64,000 bases of DNA from Octopus sinensis (Eukaryota): assembly GCF_006345805.1 (NCBI RefSeq), contig NC_043006.1, forward strand, positions 25,234,001-25,298,000. Direction: 5' to 3'. Made by a program: the position numbers and the translations under genes. Below are positions 12,701 to 22,923 of the stretch, piece after piece. Numbering within the stretch: the stretch's first letter is position 1; each line of letters opens with the position of its first letter. The notes under the pieces were generated by a model. It did not search any database and had not been told where the DNA came from. It saw only the letters and a program-made list of their open reading frames with translations.

Positions 12701-15700
12701 AGATGGCCCTGCTTAATCTGTAGAAAATGCATAGGTAGAAACTCCATAAGATGTACCTGGTGTAAGCTATGGACACATAAGAGGTGCAGCAATATCAAAG
12801 GAAGGCTAACTGGGAAGATAGTTTTTGTATTTGGCAAATGCTCAGGAGCAATAAACACTGAAAATGTGCGAAGAAGAGCTTCTGTCACATTCCAGGTAGA
12901 AAAACTAGAAGTACTTGATAGCTTCCGTTACCTAGGTGACCAAGTCAGTAGTGGGGGGTGGATGCTCTGAAAGTGTAGCTGCTAGAATAAGAATAGCCTG
13001 GGCAAATTTCAGAGAGCTCCTCTGCTGGTGACAAAAGGCCTCTTGCTCAGAGTAAAAGGTAGACTGTATGATGCGTATATTGAATTTATGTCACAATTTT
13101 GTCAGAAGCGAAGAAAAGAATTCATTAAAAGCAAGAAGTTTTTTTTTACAAACTGAACTTTTTTACATGTATTGGGAATAATTTTTACAGTAGAACGTTC
13201 AGTCAGTCTATTCTGTAATTTTAACTGTAAATTGTTTCACAGAGTTCTGTCTACTAAAATCTTGAGGCAGCTCTGCTTTTATAATATGAGGTGGTATCAA
13301 AAAGTTCCCAGACTAGTTCTGTAGCGCACCAACAGATGGCTGCACACATGCACAGTGAGAGCTAACAGTGACCTTCATGAGGCATTGCTGTGTTTACTTT
13401 GCAAGTTGTGAAATTTGTGTTTTTGTGATCATGTGTTTGCAATTTTTGTCATGGACAGGAAGTTAGAACAAAGAGCCATAGTAAAATTTTGCATTAAACT
13501 TGGGAAGTCTGGTACAGAGACATTGAGTATACTTCAGCAATCTTATGGTTACGTGCAGCAGTTGTCACTTATTTCTTATTTATATTTTCCTAAAATTTTT
13601 GTTGCATCTTGCAACCTTTTCAATAGTCTTGACTCTGTCTGTTATTTACACTGCGTTCCTTTTTGTTTGTTTATGCGCATGTGTGTGGGTCAGTGTGTGT
13701 GTGTACCTATGCATGCATGCATGTACGTATGTGTGTATGTATGTATGCGTGTGTGTGTGTGTATACATATGTATGTGTGTGCATCTGTATGTATGTATTC
13801 TGCATATTCATGTGCTTGTATGTCCGTGTTTGTGTATTTTCTCTGCGTGTGTGTGTGTGAGCGTGTGTTTGTATATGTATGCACCTCTGTTTCCTTATGT
13901 GTGTGTGTTTTGCAACTATGTACCATGTTTGTATGTATAGGTGGATGTGCATCTCTATATGTGTGGTTCACACATATCGAGATGCACATCCATACATACA
14001 AAGATAGTAGATAGTTGCAAAACACACACACACACACAGATACAGACATGCAGTTGCAAAACACACACACAGACATGTACACACAAGGAGACAGAGGTGC
14101 ATACATATACAAACACACGCTCACACACATGCATAGAACATACACAAACGCATGAATATGCAGAATACATACATACAGATGCACACACATACATATATAC
14201 ATATGTATACACACACATGCATGCATACATACATACACACATACGTACATGCATGCATGCATAGGCACACACACTGACCCACACACATGCGCACAAACAA
14301 ACAAAAGGGAACGCAGTGTAAATAACGGACCGAGTCAAGACTATTGAAAAGGTTGCAAGACGCAACGAACAACGAACATTTTAGGAAAATATAAATAAGA
14401 AATAAGTGGAAATTTTACCGGTGAGTGTGTTATAAGGCACAAAAAGAAAATGACTCTCCACAGACACAACGGAATATTGATATAAAGATCTTCACCCGGG
14501 AACAAAAGAAAAATAACAAACCAACCTGGTGGGTGTTGTAGGAAATTAATATGAAGAAAAATATGAGCGCTGACGACCCTGGCGGGCGGCGGGTGGACTT
14601 TCGGAAAATTCACAAGATCCGAATTTTTCGTCATAACTTCCGGTAAAATGAATACATAATTTTTTTGGCGTAACTTCGGTATAGGTACCGAAAGTACTGG
14701 ATACATTTCAAGAAAGTGGGTTTTTTTTTATATATATGGGGTGGGTGGGAGAAAAGGGTTTCTGTTATCTTCAGAAATGTAAACAAAGCCACTTCCGCCA
14801 GTTTTTTTTTTTGTTTTTTTTTACGGAATCCCATGTTTTCAAAATTCCCTTCATTTTTCACTTTTTCTTAATTTTTTCTTAATTTTTTGCGAAATGCGTA
14901 GAAAAATACGAAGATTACGATTCTGAAAAAATCAAATTTAAATTTGTGCTTATTTTTTCTATATTCTTAATCTCCGTATTTTCCCACGTAGATTGATGGA
15001 AAAAAAAAGTTCGAAAGAAAGTTTTTGAAAAAAGTTAAAAAGCAAAAAAAAAACACTTTAATTTCACATGAATTACTTAATCATATTATTACGGGAAATT
15101 ATTCTGAAAGAAATCTTTGCAGTTTTGTGAGATTTGGCTGTTATTTCTAGCATGTAGATAGTTTGCTTGGAGGCCTGAGTGTATATATTTGTTTGTCTGT
15201 TGAAAAATTAAAATTTTACAAACTAATTTTTTTCAGAATCGTAATCTTCGCATTTTTCTACGTATTTCGCAAGAAAAAAAAAAAACATTTTTACGGAAGA
15301 AGTGAAAATGAAGTGGGGAGGGATTAAAATTTTGAAAATACGATTTTTCAAAATCGGATCCTCCATAACCAAAAACGGGGGGGATTCCGTAAAAAAATAA
15401 ACAATCAATATATATCTATTTTACTGGAAGTTACAACGGAAAAATCGGATCTTGTGAAATTTCCGAAAGTCCCCCCCTTACTCCCAAGGTAGTTGGCGCG
15501 CTTTCTTTTTTTCATATTCGTTTTCTACATGCTTGTTTAACACTCACCAGGCTGGTTTATTTTTGTTCTTATTCCCGGGTGAAGATCTTTATATTAACCG
15601 TTTACATGATGGGGGCCGATATGTTCAACGGCCTTTGCTTTAGACAACTATTTATAAATGCTAAACGGAGTTACGTGAAAGGCGCGTCAGTTTCACATAA

Positions 15701-15794
15701 ACATAAGAGTTGGATTAAATTAAGAAAGGAAAACTGTTACGTTACCTGAAAAGTGCAGCCTGCTAAAGAATGTGGAAAGCGACTTTAAGAACAT
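437..15794 (-). CDS. HAGH: Hydroxyacylglutathione hydrolase (glyoxalase II), spliced; 3' exons lie left of the window
   Basis: Exons 15794-15746, 8556-8366, 7017-6953, 5480-5363, 1646-1541 and 540-437 join in frame with GT-AG introns. Translation: [17 protein letters not shown]...[20 protein letters not shown]...AVDPVDP...LTTHHHWDHAGGN...[11 protein letters not shown]...[26 protein letters not shown]. These are the metallo-beta-lactamase-fold GLO2 motifs. Confidence 0.96.
1541..1646 (-). CDS. HAGH: HAGH coding exon 5
   Basis: [35 protein letters not shown]; AG/GT boundaries, phase consistent. Confidence 0.95.
1707..2143. mobile_element. Non-autonomous DNA transposon (Merlin-like MITE) with internal TTAGGG repeats, copy 1
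   Basis: TIRs GGATCTTTTCGGTTTGAACGGCAG / CTGCCATTCAAACCAAAAAGATCT; 8-bp TSD GTAATTTG at 1699-1706 and 2144-2151. Confidence 0.85.
2793..3092 (+). mobile_element. tRNA-derived SINE inserted in a (TA)n tract
   Basis: tRNA-like head with A box TGGCCCAGTGG and B-box-like GTTTCGATTCC; (TA)n on both sides. Confidence 0.75.
3761..3797. repeat. (AAT)n microsatellite
   Basis: About 12 perfect AAT units. Confidence 0.95.
3800..5240 (-). mobile_element. Degenerate Penelope-like retroelement (RT fragment) bounded by ~220-bp inverted repeats
   Basis: Minus-strand peptides [38 protein letters not shown] and [10 protein letters not shown] match PLE RT motifs; 3880-4100 is the reverse complement of 5015-5235. 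Confidence 0.8.
5363..5480 (-). CDS. HAGH: HAGH coding exon 4
   Basis: (W)[39 protein letters not shown]; GTGAGT donor. Confidence 0.95.
6041..6325 (-). mobile_element. 5'-truncated RTE LINE 3' end / RTE-tailed SINE with (GAT)n tail
   Basis: Matches the 3' end of the RTE copy at 45830-46100 and ends in (GAT)n. Confidence 0.8.
6953..7017 (-). CDS. HAGH: HAGH coding exon 3 (THHHW metal-binding motif)
   Basis: [21 protein letters not shown](W); GTAAGT donor. Confidence 0.96.
7140..8270 (+). mobile_element. Degenerate Tx1/L1-like LINE ORF2 C-terminal fragment
   Basis: NWDQVMNKV...[21 protein letters not shown]...FIFLWKG...QGSLGIPWL, then a CPRC...HVLVQCP knuckle-like remnant; several stops and frameshifts. 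Confidence 0.7.
8366..8556 (-). CDS. HAGH: HAGH coding exon 2 (contains second in-frame ATG at 8470)
   Basis: [64 protein letters not shown]. Confidence 0.96.
8915..9670 (-). mobile_element. Mariner-like transposon, 3' half (decayed transposase plus TIR)
   Basis: TIR-like TACAAGGTGGTATCAAAAAATTCCCAG is shared with 13287; minus-strand remnant [31 protein letters not shown] resembles the mariner YSPDLAP region. Confidence 0.7.
8992..9198. mobile_element. Short insertion with 12-bp TSD, nested in the mariner remnant (unclassified; possibly Penelope-end derived)
   Basis: TSD TTATTTACTTAA at 8980-8991 and 9199-9210; homologous to 57147-57252 and 14332-14475. Confidence 0.65.
9870..11370. repeat. 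Long degenerate (CA)-rich low-complexity tract interrupted by an RTE tail
   Basis: Cryptic CA repeats; source of many spurious His/Thr and Cys/Val ORFs. Confidence 0.9.
10180..10565 (+). mobile_element. 5'-truncated RTE LINE 3' UTR copy with (GAT)n tail
   Basis: Tandem GTGCCGGTGGCACGTAAAAAGCACC units, then GGAAAGCGGATGATGAT. Confidence 0.8.
11790..13075 (+). mobile_element. RTE-clade LINE reverse transcriptase fragment (decayed)
   Basis: [54 protein letters not shown]; in-frame stops. Confidence 0.93.
13287..13558 (+). mobile_element. Mariner-like transposon 5' end (TIR plus N-terminal HTH)
   Basis: TATGAGGTGGTATCAAAAAGTTCCCAG TIR; [33 protein letters not shown] is a typical mariner N-terminus. 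Confidence 0.85.
13566..14408. repeat. ~840-bp palindrome (inverted duplication) with a 3-nt centre
   Basis: 13566-13965 is approximately the reverse complement of 13969-14408; tip GGATGTGCATCTCTATATGTGTG-gtt-CACACATATCGAGATGCACATCC. Confidence 0.9.
14480..15594. mobile_element. Foldback-type non-autonomous DNA element with long imperfect inverted repeats
   Basis: Ends ATATAAAGATCTTCACCCGGGAA / TTCCCGGGTGAAGATCTTTATAT; internal inverted blocks CTTTCGGAAAATTCACAAGATCCG and CGTAGAAAAATACGAAGATTACGATTCTGAAAAAA; related fragments at 20820-21110 and 29060-31330. Confidence 0.7.
15746..15794 (-). CDS. HAGH: HAGH coding exon 1 (putative mitochondrial targeting peptide)
   Basis: [16 protein letters not shown] with CAG/GTAAC donor; phase 1 matches exon 2; basic, Ser-rich and free of acidic residues. 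Confidence 0.75.
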
Positions 15795-16274
15795 TAAAAC
15801 TTGCTTTATGGCGAACGCTTACTCAGGGGAAACAATTGTTGTCGTGTAAAAAAAATGTTACTGAAATTTTTCATCCACCCTGGGCTCAAAGGACATGACA
15901 TGCTCATACCTACAGCCGTATTTTAGCACGGTTTCGTCTACTCTTACCATTTTCGTCACTTTCACCTATCACTTTTTTTCCAATTAAACTTACTATGTTT
16001 AAAAGTAATACATTTTACAGCGATGGTTGTACGAGACAGAACGATTTTTTTTCTTATGTGAAAGAACATGTTAATGTAAAGCATTTGGTGAGATGCTAAC
16101 GAAGGTGCATTTAAATGATCCAGTAAATAGTTCGGTAGACTCTTGAATAACTGTCCCCCATAAGTCGAAATTTCTGCTTTTATCGGGATTTCCATTTTTC
16201 TTTTATCTCAAACTTCTTTAGGATACGTCCGACGTCCGAGGACTATAGAGATAGATTTTTTTTTTTTCCTGTAG

Positions 16275-16905
16275 TGATGTGTTAAGACTATTCACTGGGG
16301 AAGGTGATGTGGTGGCCTGGATAAAGGTGAGACTTGTGGCTAGCCTTATGCCATTGTACTTAGAAGGCAATGCGCTGAATCTGTACTTGGTGATGGATGA
16401 AGCAAGCCAGGAGAAAGCGGGAAAAAATTGAAGAGCGGCTGAAGGACGCGTACACGGAGGGGTCTTATAAAAACCGACAGCAAGCTCGGGAGAGTGAGAT
16501 GGACTGGTGAGCAGATAGACGACTATGTGAGCGAGATTAGGAGGTTGGTGAGCCGAGCAGTGTTTACTGGAGCAGTGCCGGCGTTGATTGTAAAGCTGGC
16601 TTTTGTGACAGGCTTTCACGACCATATCTGTACGTTTGCAGTAGATGCCGAACATCGAAACCATGTCGGTGACAAATCGTGGGTGTTGTCACAAAGTGAC
16701 ACACATGACGTAACGGCAACAGTGATGGTGGATATGAGCAGGACAAAGTGGCAGGCAGCGAACAACGACAGCAAGAGTCTGGCGAGGCACACGACCAAGG
16801 GACCATGCATCAGATGTCGAGTTGAATGAATGTGTGCCCTGCCATGTGGGTGACAAAGCAGCAGACACGTGTGGAGAAACCCTTCGTGAGTAGAGGCGAA
16901 TGGGA
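16275..16905 (+). mobile_element. Decayed LTR-retrotransposon gag fragment
   Basis: RLFTGEGDVVAWIK..SLMPLYLEGNALNLYL; RWTGEQIDDYVSEIRRLV..IVKLAFVTGF; GPCIRC knuckle remnant. Confidence 0.7.
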
Positions 16906-16909
16906 GAGG

Positions 16910-18640
16910 GCGACCATCCCGTTGGAAGCTGGATGGTAACTGGTCGTACGAATGTGATGAACGCCTAGGATTCGCGACAATTCACGAAATAAGGAAGCTT
17001 CGAACTGGCGTCCACGATCAGTGGTTATTTTAGCTGGGACACCAAAGCGAGCAATCCAGTTAGAAACGAAAGCTCGAGCAACTGACTCGGCGGAAATGTC
17101 CACCATTAGAATGGCTTCAGGCCAATGAGAGAAACGATCGACTCATGTCAACATGCAAGAGAACCCGCGACTGACAGGCCATGGTCCATCCAGATCAATG
17201 TGGACATGGTGAAAGCGAGTCTCCGGCAGAGAAAATTGTCCAAGAGGAGTGCGAATGTGCTTGTGGACTTTAGAACGCTGGCATTTCACACAAGAGCATT
17301 TCCAAGCGGCGATCATACGGCGCATATTAGGCCAGAAAAACTGAGCCGTAATAAGCTTCACCGAGGCAGCGATGTCAGGATGTGACAGTGAATGCAAGGC
17401 ATCGAAAACAGAACGCTGGTGGTTCGCAGGTACAAACGGTCTGGGAGAATCAGTAGCTGTGTCACAAAGGATTGTGCCTTCAGCAGACGGAAGTGGAAGA
17501 TAGGCAAACTTGCAACAGACAGCTTGGTGGCAGTTAGATCCAATGTATCCAGAGCTGACTGATCCTGCGCAATGGCAGTTAAATCAATTGCAGCAGGAGT
17601 TGAAAGAGATCACACATGGAGACGAGAGAGTGCGTCAGCAGGAACGTTCTCTGTTCCAGGTATATGCCGAATGTCACTCGTGAACTGGGAAATGTAGTCC
17701 AGGTGACGAAAAGCACGAGGCGAGTGTTTGTTCGATTTGGATGACAGAGCAAACGTAAGAGGCTTGTGATCAGTATAAATCACAAAATCCCGGCCCCTCG
17801 AGTTGATGTTGAAAGTGACGAATGACAGGTAGATCGCTAAGAGTTCAGAATCAAACGTACTGTTCAGCTGATTTTAATTGACGAGAAAAAAAATGTCAAT
17901 GGTCGAGTTTGATTGTTGACGGTATGTTGCAAAACAGCACCACCCGCAGAATCTGATGCATCAACTGTTAAAGAGAGATGAGCAACAGGAGCCGGATGTG
18001 CAAGCAAAGGAACAGAAGCTACCCCCATCCTTAATTGACTCAAACGAAGATAATGCCTCGGCAGATAGAGTGATAGGAGCATCTCTTTTGTATTTGCTTT
18101 CAGTAGTTGAGTCAATGGAAGTAGCTTGTCTGCACATGTAGGTATGTAGTGTCTATAGAAGTTGACGACTCCCAAAAAGTGATGCAATTGGCGTAGAGAA
18201 ATGGGAGGTGAGATGCGTTGAATTGCATCGACTTTGGAAGAGAGAAGTCTGATACCATTCGAGTCGATATAATGCCCCAAAAATTCCAGAGAGGACTGCC
18301 CGAAAACACACTTATCAGGGTTGATTCGCACATTTGTAAGTACGAAGACGCTGAAAAAGTTGAGATGAGTGTTGGAGATGATTTTCACGCGTGTCGCAAG
18401 CTATGAGCAAATCATCGATGTAAGCGAACACAAAGTCAAGTCCACGGACAACTTCATCGATAAACCTCTGAAATGTACTCGTTGCATTCTGCAAACCGAA
18501 GCTCATAAACAGGAACTCGAAACTTCCAAAGTGGGTAGTAACGGCGGTTTTGTAATGTCAGGGTTCATTGGAATCTGATGATAAGCCCGGATGAGGTCAA
18601 CCTTGGAAAAAATAGTACAACCATGCAAGTTCGAAGAAAA
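16910..18640 (-). mobile_element. Gypsy/Ty3 pol fragment A (RT-RNase H-integrase)
   Basis: FSKVDLIRAYHQIP, FGLQNATSTFQRFID, AYIDDLL, TVDASD, YTDHKPL, HHCC region, ITTDRGRQF, SYHPASNGMV; frameshifted. Confidence 0.95.
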
Positions 18641-19068
18641 GGCTGATAGTGCCATGGGAAGGACCGTCAACCATTGTCTTTTATCTAGCTGTTGTGAACT
18701 AAGTGCTAGATTTATGGTCTTTATGAGGGTACCGTTGGTCCTTTCACATTGGTCATTCCCTTGAGGTTGATAGGGAGTTGTTCTAGTTTTTATTGTCCCG
18801 TTAGCGTGAAGGAAGTCCTGGAGCTTCTTATAATCAAATTGGGTTCCTCTGTCAGAGTGGATACAACTTGGTGATTCAAACAATGAAAAGAGATTGAGCA
18901 GGTGGGAAATTACTGCTTCGGTACTCGTGTCTTTGCATGGCTATGCGAATGGGTACCTTCAGAACTCATCGACAATTATCAATAAGTAGCGATATTGTGT
19001 AGTTGATGGCAGAGTACCAACAAAGTCAATGGAGAGGCGCTCCCAAGGTCTCAATGCTTGTATTAATT

Positions 19069-19485
19069 TGTAGCGTAGCTGATATCCTCACTGTTTGAGA
19101 GATATATTAGAAATGATCACGTGTTAGATAGCAACCATCTTCGGCTATTTTGACTCTGTTGTGTCCACTGCTCATAGGTTGACAGTAGCGCAGTTTGTCT
19201 CTTGACTTATTTCGCACCAGTGTGCAAGCCAACCAATCGCAGCCTTCGGATAAGGTCCCACGACACAGTCTTTTTGGGATTTCACTGGAGTCTTTAGCAG
19301 GTTATAAAAGGCGCCATCAAATCACTATTTTTCGTCTAAGGTTCCAGTCCTTCTCAGGACTAATCTCTGACCACAGAGCGACTCAGCCAGTTCCAGTTCC
19401 AGTGACAGACAACGACCCGGACACCAACACCACCAGGAGACATTTCTGTCGCCAACTCCTTTACGTATGGTCGTTAATCCTAACA
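19069..19485 (+). mobile_element. Internally deleted solo LTR nested in Gypsy integrase
   Basis: TG...CA ends, 4-bp TSD AATT; homologous to the LTR at 27734-28839. Confidence 0.9.
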
Positions 19486-21806
19486 AATTCACCCATAAGT
19501 GGTTTGTGGAAGCAGAGTTTGAGTTTGATGCATATAGAGCAAGCGAGTGTCATTTCGCGGATTTCTGTGAGGGAGAAAGGCAGGTTCCTTACTTTATAGC
19601 AGTGAAGAAGGCGGGTCACTCGTGGGTGGCACAGTTGTTTGTGAAGGGTTATTAGTATTGTAGTATCTCTTGTTGCTGCACATCTGCAGCTTTATTTTGA
19701 GTTCCTGATCTATAGAAGATTGTGTAATTTATGTCTGAGAGGTCCAGCGCCAGCGTATATGTTTGTCATTTTTGATTTTTGATGACCCTTGATTATTGAA
19801 GATCATTGCCACCGAGCGTTGATCGGTGACGGTGTTGTAGTATGGGGAAACATCTATTAGGTGGCGCTGTTTGCGGCAACATTCTACGATTGCGTAGGCT
19901 TCTCTCTCGACGATGGATTGGTGTTTTTCTGTTTTTGAAAGGGACCTTGAAAAGAAGGCCACTGGCCATCCTTGTTGTGATAGCGTCCCTCCCAAGGGTA
20001 GGTCAGAAGCATCTCTTTCAATGGTAAGTAGTATCCCAGCCAAGCCAGCATGACCATATTGGGCCGATATCAGGTGAACCGCGGAATATCGGTAATTTTT
20101 GCCGATATCGGCCCGTTTTCAATACAACATCAAAACGGAGTTATTTTATGTTTTGCATTTCTCATTTGTCAGTTCCATTTACTACTATCATTGTATTTGT
20201 AACAGTATTGTGTGTGTGTGGGGGGGGGGGTTATTTCTTTTTTTTTAAACAGTACTCCAGCATCGGGTGGATGCCGGATTGCTGTCGAACTGCAGCTGGA
20301 CACACAATATCCTTGTGTTCCGAGCAGGTACAGGGGAAGCAACTCAAAATATAATCCTTTCATTTTCCACATCGAAAGCAGGTAAATTCAATATCACTGT
20401 TGTAAGTTAGGATTAAAAAACACGTGATTTATCTTGTATCATAATTAAGACTAAAAACGCTTTTAAATTTTGCCAGTTCAGTATAATGTATGGGAAATTT
20501 TAAGTCTTTCTCTGTTCAGCAATTAATTGCGAATCCTATGATTCAGTGCATTTTCAAAACTTGGATCGAAACCGACACGATGGAAAAAGTTGTTAAAATC
20601 CTTTTTTCAAGCATCAATAAACATTATGGTGTTTACATTTAAAGCTAATATTTAAGTGGTGTAGCCAAAAACAAATAGAAAATAAACTTACCACAGCTCA
20701 AAATGTATTTCAAAATTCTCAATGAAACCCTACAGAAATGGATATCATTAGGAGAGCTACAGGTAGCCTGTCTACAAATTTCAGACAGTTCTTTAATAAT
20801 TAGTGAATCCCTTTTAGATGTTCGTTTGGTTAATGTTGACATTATTACTCGGAAACAAAAGCGAAAAAATAAAAAAAAAAGAAAGAAAATAGTGCAACTG
20901 GTGTAAAAAAAAAAAAGGCGGGGTGTAGGTAACGAATATGAAAACAAAAATGCGGGGAAAGCAGCGGGAGGTGGGGAGAGGCCTTCGGAAAATTCACAAG
21001 ATCCTCCTATGTTTTTCCCTCATAACTTTTAGGAAAATGAGTTGTTTTTTTTCAAGGAAATTTTATATAAATACCTTTCAAACTGTATAGATTGCGATTA
21101 TAAAGAAGCCCTCTCCCCACCACACACACCCGTTGCTTTCCAGGCATTTTTTTGTTTTCCTATTCATTTCCTACTTTTTTTTTTTTTACACTATTTGCAC
21201 TATTTTTTTCGATTTTGTTTCCAGTCTTGGGGTTTATCAACATATCTGACAGCTAGGATCATTCCATGTTTGCTGAATTTATTATTTGCATTGGAAATGG
21301 GGCTGAATATCAGTTCCCGAGGATACCCATGTAAAACTCTGAGTCCCCACTGACCAGCCACCTTTCATTTTACATGAAAGTGCAGGTAGGCTGTCAGACA
21401 TGTCTATAGGTAGCACTACAAGTTTGAGGCTTATTATAAACATTGTATGAGTTCCAATGTGTTCTAAGGCTGTGTATTGACAAACATATACCCATGTTAT
21501 TCATTGTGTGAAGGGAAATACATGTAATTCCCTGTTTATTTTTCATTTCATTTTGTATAGGTACCAGTTTTCTCAGATGATGATGACACTGAGTATCAAA
21601 GATGGATGCTTCCAAAGCCACCTCCTGTTGTTCAGTTTTCAAAAGAGAGAGCACCTCAACCCCACTTGTCTTCTCCAGAGCCAAGTAGATATCCACAACT
21701 GACATTCACAATAAGCCAAAAGAAAGAGTGCAAATGTAGCTCCTCCCAACTTGTCGGGAAGATCTGAACAATTGTTGCACGATAAGTCAATATTATATCA
21801 TTGGTA

Positions 21807-22221
21807 GGATCTTTACGGTTTGAATGGCAGTTTTTCCTAGCAGCGTCATATGAAGTTGTCACCCATAATTATGACCCTAGAATCGATCTATTGCATTTCA
21901 ATCTCTTTTAAGGTTAGGGTTAGGGGTGGGGGGAAGGGTATTTTTTTTCTTCACAAATGTAAATAAACCCAATCTGTTTCTTAAATGAGGGACATATTCA
22001 TACGGCACAGAATGTTTTTAACTCAATAGATGCCATTGATTGGTTGAAATTGCAAAAATTGAAGGAAAAAAACAACAAATATCTTACAAACTATAGAATT
22101 TTCTCAATAAAGCCAAGAGAAAAAGATGTTTTATAAACACATTCTACCAGTATACGAAGTTTAACATTTTTTAGTTACCTAGAAATTATGTTAAAAACTG
22201 CCATTCAAACCAAAAAGATCC
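21807..22221. mobile_element. Merlin-like MITE, copy 2
   Basis: GGATCTTT...AAAGATCC termini; 8-bp TSD CATTGGTA; TTAGGG-like core. Confidence 0.88.
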
Positions 22222-22671
22222 CATTGGTATACTTTTCCAATGGCTTCGGACTGCTAGTGACAAAAATGGTGGCCGAAGGAGGAGAGAAAAAAATTTGGAC
22301 AAGTTTGCTCTTGACTATGAATCTGCCACAGATCTCAGGTCTGCACAAATTGAAAACTAAGATAACCTGTTTACAGGTTACCTCAATTTTTTAAGGTAAT
22401 CTATTTTAGCGACACACTGGTAACAATAGGCTGAATAGCTTTGCATACATGATTTTGTCTTCCATTCAAATTACTTACTCATTCACCAGGTTAGTAAGTA
22501 ATACTCTTATCTGTGGTTTCAAATACAATTTTATTGACGATATCTCTCACATTTAATGTGTTTTTCCTATTTCTACACATTCTGAATACATTTATTAGAA
22601 ATAATGAATTTCTAAATGTCTCAGCGAGACATGAGCGGTGGTGGAGCGATAAAGTGGTTGTATGAAGTCAA

Positions 22672-22923
22672 CAAAACGTGAAAGTCCCGTAGAGGGAATT
22701 ACACCACCGCTATATAGCCCTAGGAAGCATCGACGCTTCCTGTCGGCTTTGACACATTTTCTGTGTCCTTATATTCGCAAAGGGGAGGCAAGCACCTCCA
22801 CCAGCTTGCCTCCCCTTTGCGAATATAAGGACACAAAATGTATCAAAGCCGACAGGAAGCGTCGATGCTTCCTAGGGCTATATAGCGGTGGTGTAATTCC
22901 CTCCACAGGACTGTCACGTTTTG
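22672..22923. repeat. Near-perfect 250-bp GC-rich hairpin (about 120-bp arms, 10-nt loop)
   Basis: Arms 22672-22793 and 22804-22923 are reverse complements with few mismatches; loop ACCTCCACCA. Confidence 0.95.

Noticed and set aside
13415-14365. 199-aa and 204-aa ORFs
   Set aside because: Chimeras of a mariner N-terminus, a repeat end and TG microsatellite, mirrored by the palindrome.
15858-15950. Short minus-strand ORF MVRVDETVLKYGCRYEHV as the HAGH N-terminus
   Set aside because: It stops after 30 codons, before the presequence ATG; at most a uORF.
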